A stretch of 64,000 bases of DNA from positions 224,001 to 288,000 of the IMG/VR virus record IMGVR_UViG_3300037722_000745; one strand, given 5' to 3'. Position 1 is the first letter of the stretch; each line of letters starts with the position of its first letter. Positions 62,328-64,000 of the stretch are shown here, one piece after another. This DNA comes from a virus. Lineage: Duplodnaviria > Caudoviricetes. The notes under the pieces were generated by a model that was not told where the DNA came from, did not search any database, and worked only from the letters and a program-made list of their open reading frames with translations. The translations under genes were made by a program, and so were the position numbers.

Positions 62328-62415
62328 GGCTTTGGATCGTATTACAACCTAACGGAGCCAAAATTTAAAGAACCGGTGTAGTGTTGTCTGGCCGATGCCG
62401 CAGCGAAAGGGGCCC

Positions 62416-62451
62416 CCGCAAGGGAAGCTCACCTCCCTAAAGAGTGAGACT
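62416..62451. repeat. solitary CRISPR-repeat-like unit (family A), opposite orientation
   Basis: CCCGCAAGGGAAGCTCACCTCCCTAAAGAGTGAGAC between a GGTGTAGT motif (62375) and the protease gene. Confidence 0.85.
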
Positions 62452-62524
62452 AGTCAAACTGGAGATCTGGCAGGATCATAGCGCGTGTGCGACGCCGAAT
62501 AACCGTTTGTGGGAGAACTTCAAC

Positions 62525-63154
62525 ATGAGCATTTTCACAGGCAACAAAAAATGGTGGTATATCGGGTTCTTCATCTTCTTGACTGTCACCGTAGGGTTGA
62601 TCGTCTTTGGAGAGCTTACCCACGAGGAGCCTGGGTTGGAGCGGCCTGAAGTGTCCTGGCCCAAGGATGACTTCCCACTCTCAGTCCAAGCCACCTCACA
62701 CGTGCCTGCACGGACCAAAGAAGATCGCAACGCGGTCAAAGCGGCGATCAAGACAACAAACGATCGTTTAGGGTTTACAGCCTTTAAGTATGACGACGAC
62801 ACTGATACTGCTCATGTCCAAGTGACAGTTGGAGTGCCCCAAGACTCTAGTCTGAAAACTCATGCTGACTTCGATGGGCAGACACTCAAGGATGCCGGTG
62901 GTGCTTTCCTGCTGAAGGCATATCCTGGGGATAAGCGGTGGAAGGAATGTATAGTGCAGACTTCCAATACAGGTACGATCGGCCTTCTGCACGCCGTTCT
63001 ACAGCACGAGCTAGGCCACTGTTTAGGTTTGGCTCACGACGACTTTGAATCCTCCATCATGCACAACCCGCAGAAAGAGTGGTCGGGACAAGGATGGCCG
63101 GCTAGTCTCACGGATTTCGATCGGAACGAACTCCGAAAACGCTACGCCCCGTGA
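62525..63154 (+). CDS. matrixin-like (metzincin) metalloprotease with N-terminal membrane anchor
   Basis: HELGHCLGLAH plus Met-turn SIM; N-terminal hydrophobic helix. Confidence 0.9.
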   Translation: MSIFTGNKKWWYIGFFIFLTVTVGLIVFGELTHEEPGLERPEVSWPKDDFPLSVQATSHVPARTKEDRNAVKAAIKTTNDRLGFTAFKYDDDTDTAHVQVTVGVPQDSSLKTHADFDGQTLKDAGGAFLLKAYPGDKRWKECIVQTSNTGTIGLLHAVLQHELGHCLGLAHDDFESSIMHNPQKEWSGQGWPASLTDFDRNELRKRYAP

Positions 63155-63321
63155 GAGACCCTGACTTATCTCCTAAGTCCCGGCTCTACATCGCCGACTT
63201 GCTCCGAGCGGAAGCTGAGAGGTTGAAGACCAGGGCTCGTTCCGTTGAATACTTTAACCCCGAACTGTGGGGACGGTCCAAGGATTTAGAACGGTTGGCT
63301 GTTGAGTTGGAAGAGATGTGA
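63151..63321 (+). CDS. small hypothetical protein
   Basis: GTG overlapping previous stop; 56 aa. Confidence 0.45.
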   Translation: MRDPDLSPKSRLYIADLLRAEAERLKTRARSVEYFNPELWGRSKDLERLAVELEEM

Positions 63322-63379
63322 GAGCGGGGTCTTCCGTAGGAGGGCTTCGTGTATTAAAAAACAAGGACTAGTGCCCTAG

Positions 63380-64000
63380 ATGTCAGGAATTACCCGTTTT
63401 CAGTTCTCGACCTTTGTTGCGGGACTTGCGTTGTTGGGGGCTTGCACGAGTGACGACCCCGCCACGATGAGCACCGAGCCGAGCGAACCCTCCGGGGCTG
63501 CGGGTCAGCCCGCGGTGCCGACCGATCAGAGTTCCGGGGAACCGGCGCAGGGAATCGGCCCGGGGGAAGGAACCGAGCCCGGTGAGTCCACGGAGCCCTC
63601 TAACTACAGAGCGCACGTCTACATCTTCAGCGACGTGGAGGATCAAGCGCCCTCAGAGTTCGAGATCTCAGCCGGGGACGCATCCATCACGTGCTCGGCA
63701 CGCCTACCGGGTAGCACTCCAATGACAAACGAAGGCTCCGGGCCGGTCTCTTGTGCTGGCTTCAACGAGAACCTCGTCGTTGAAGCGCACTACCCTGACG
63801 AGGCACTACCACCCCGGACACCTGAGTCCTCGGTGGTTCCACCAGAGCAACCCTCCCGCGAAGGCGAAGCGAGTTGTGACGAGTCAGCGTGCTCCCACAC
63901 ACCTAGTGGGGGACGCTACGATCCAGCGCCTGAGTTCCCGTACCTGGAGCTCTATCTGGCATCGAGGACCTTTGACGAAGTCACGCTCAGCATTGAAGGG
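63380..64000 (+). CDS. putative lipoprotein, partial
   Basis: MSGITRFQFSTFVAGLALLGAC lipobox; frame open to window end. Confidence 0.75.
   Translation, partial: MSGITRFQFSTFVAGLALLGACTSDDPATMSTEPSEPSGAAGQPAVPTDQSSGEPAQGIGPGEGTEPGESTEPSNYRAHVYIFSDVEDQAPSEFEISAGDASITCSARLPGSTPMTNEGSGPVSCAGFNENLVVEAHYPDEALPPRTPESSVVPPEQPSREGEASCDESACSHTPSGGRYDPAPEFPYLELYLASRTFDEVTLSIEG

Noticed and set aside
1-64000. Stop-codon reassignment
   Set aside because: Conserved genes are full length under the standard code and no CTA/TCA-anticodon tRNA was seen
1-64000. cas genes, integrase, transposase or reverse transcriptase (DGR/retron)
   Set aside because: No recognisable motifs in any ORF of this window; they may lie elsewhere in the genome

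Overview
This window looks like part of a large (jumbo-type), GC-rich bacteriophage genome. There are no rRNA or core housekeeping genes, and it contains many short hypothetical ORFs. Bases ~450-23,900 hold a minus-strand tRNA array: about 40 tRNAs covering all 20 amino acids, a tmRNA, and many half, mini and chimeric tRNAs. Inside it are (i) a ubiquitin-like conjugation operon (vWA protein, conserved protein, JAB peptidase, Ubl, E1/ThiF) plus a second stand-alone Ubl, (ii) a Cas-less CRISPR mini-array, (iii) at least 13 dispersed copies of a hairpin related to that CRISPR repeat, several fused to tRNA 3' fragments, and (iv) a repeated ~130-nt tRNA-like RNA with a giant variable region. Further along are DNA methyltransferases (one with an intein and an in-frame antisense endonuclease gene), two sigma-like genes, a GHKL ATPase, phosphatases and a methyltransferase-helicase fusion. 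The right part has a tail-fibre-like module (44-52.5 kb), nucleotide-metabolism genes, a ligase domain, ParB, orphan antitoxin-like genes and a second inverted pair of CRISPR-like repeats. All calls were made by eye from motifs and base-pairing; no database searches or folding programs were run, so tRNA isotypes, starts and family names need confirmation.
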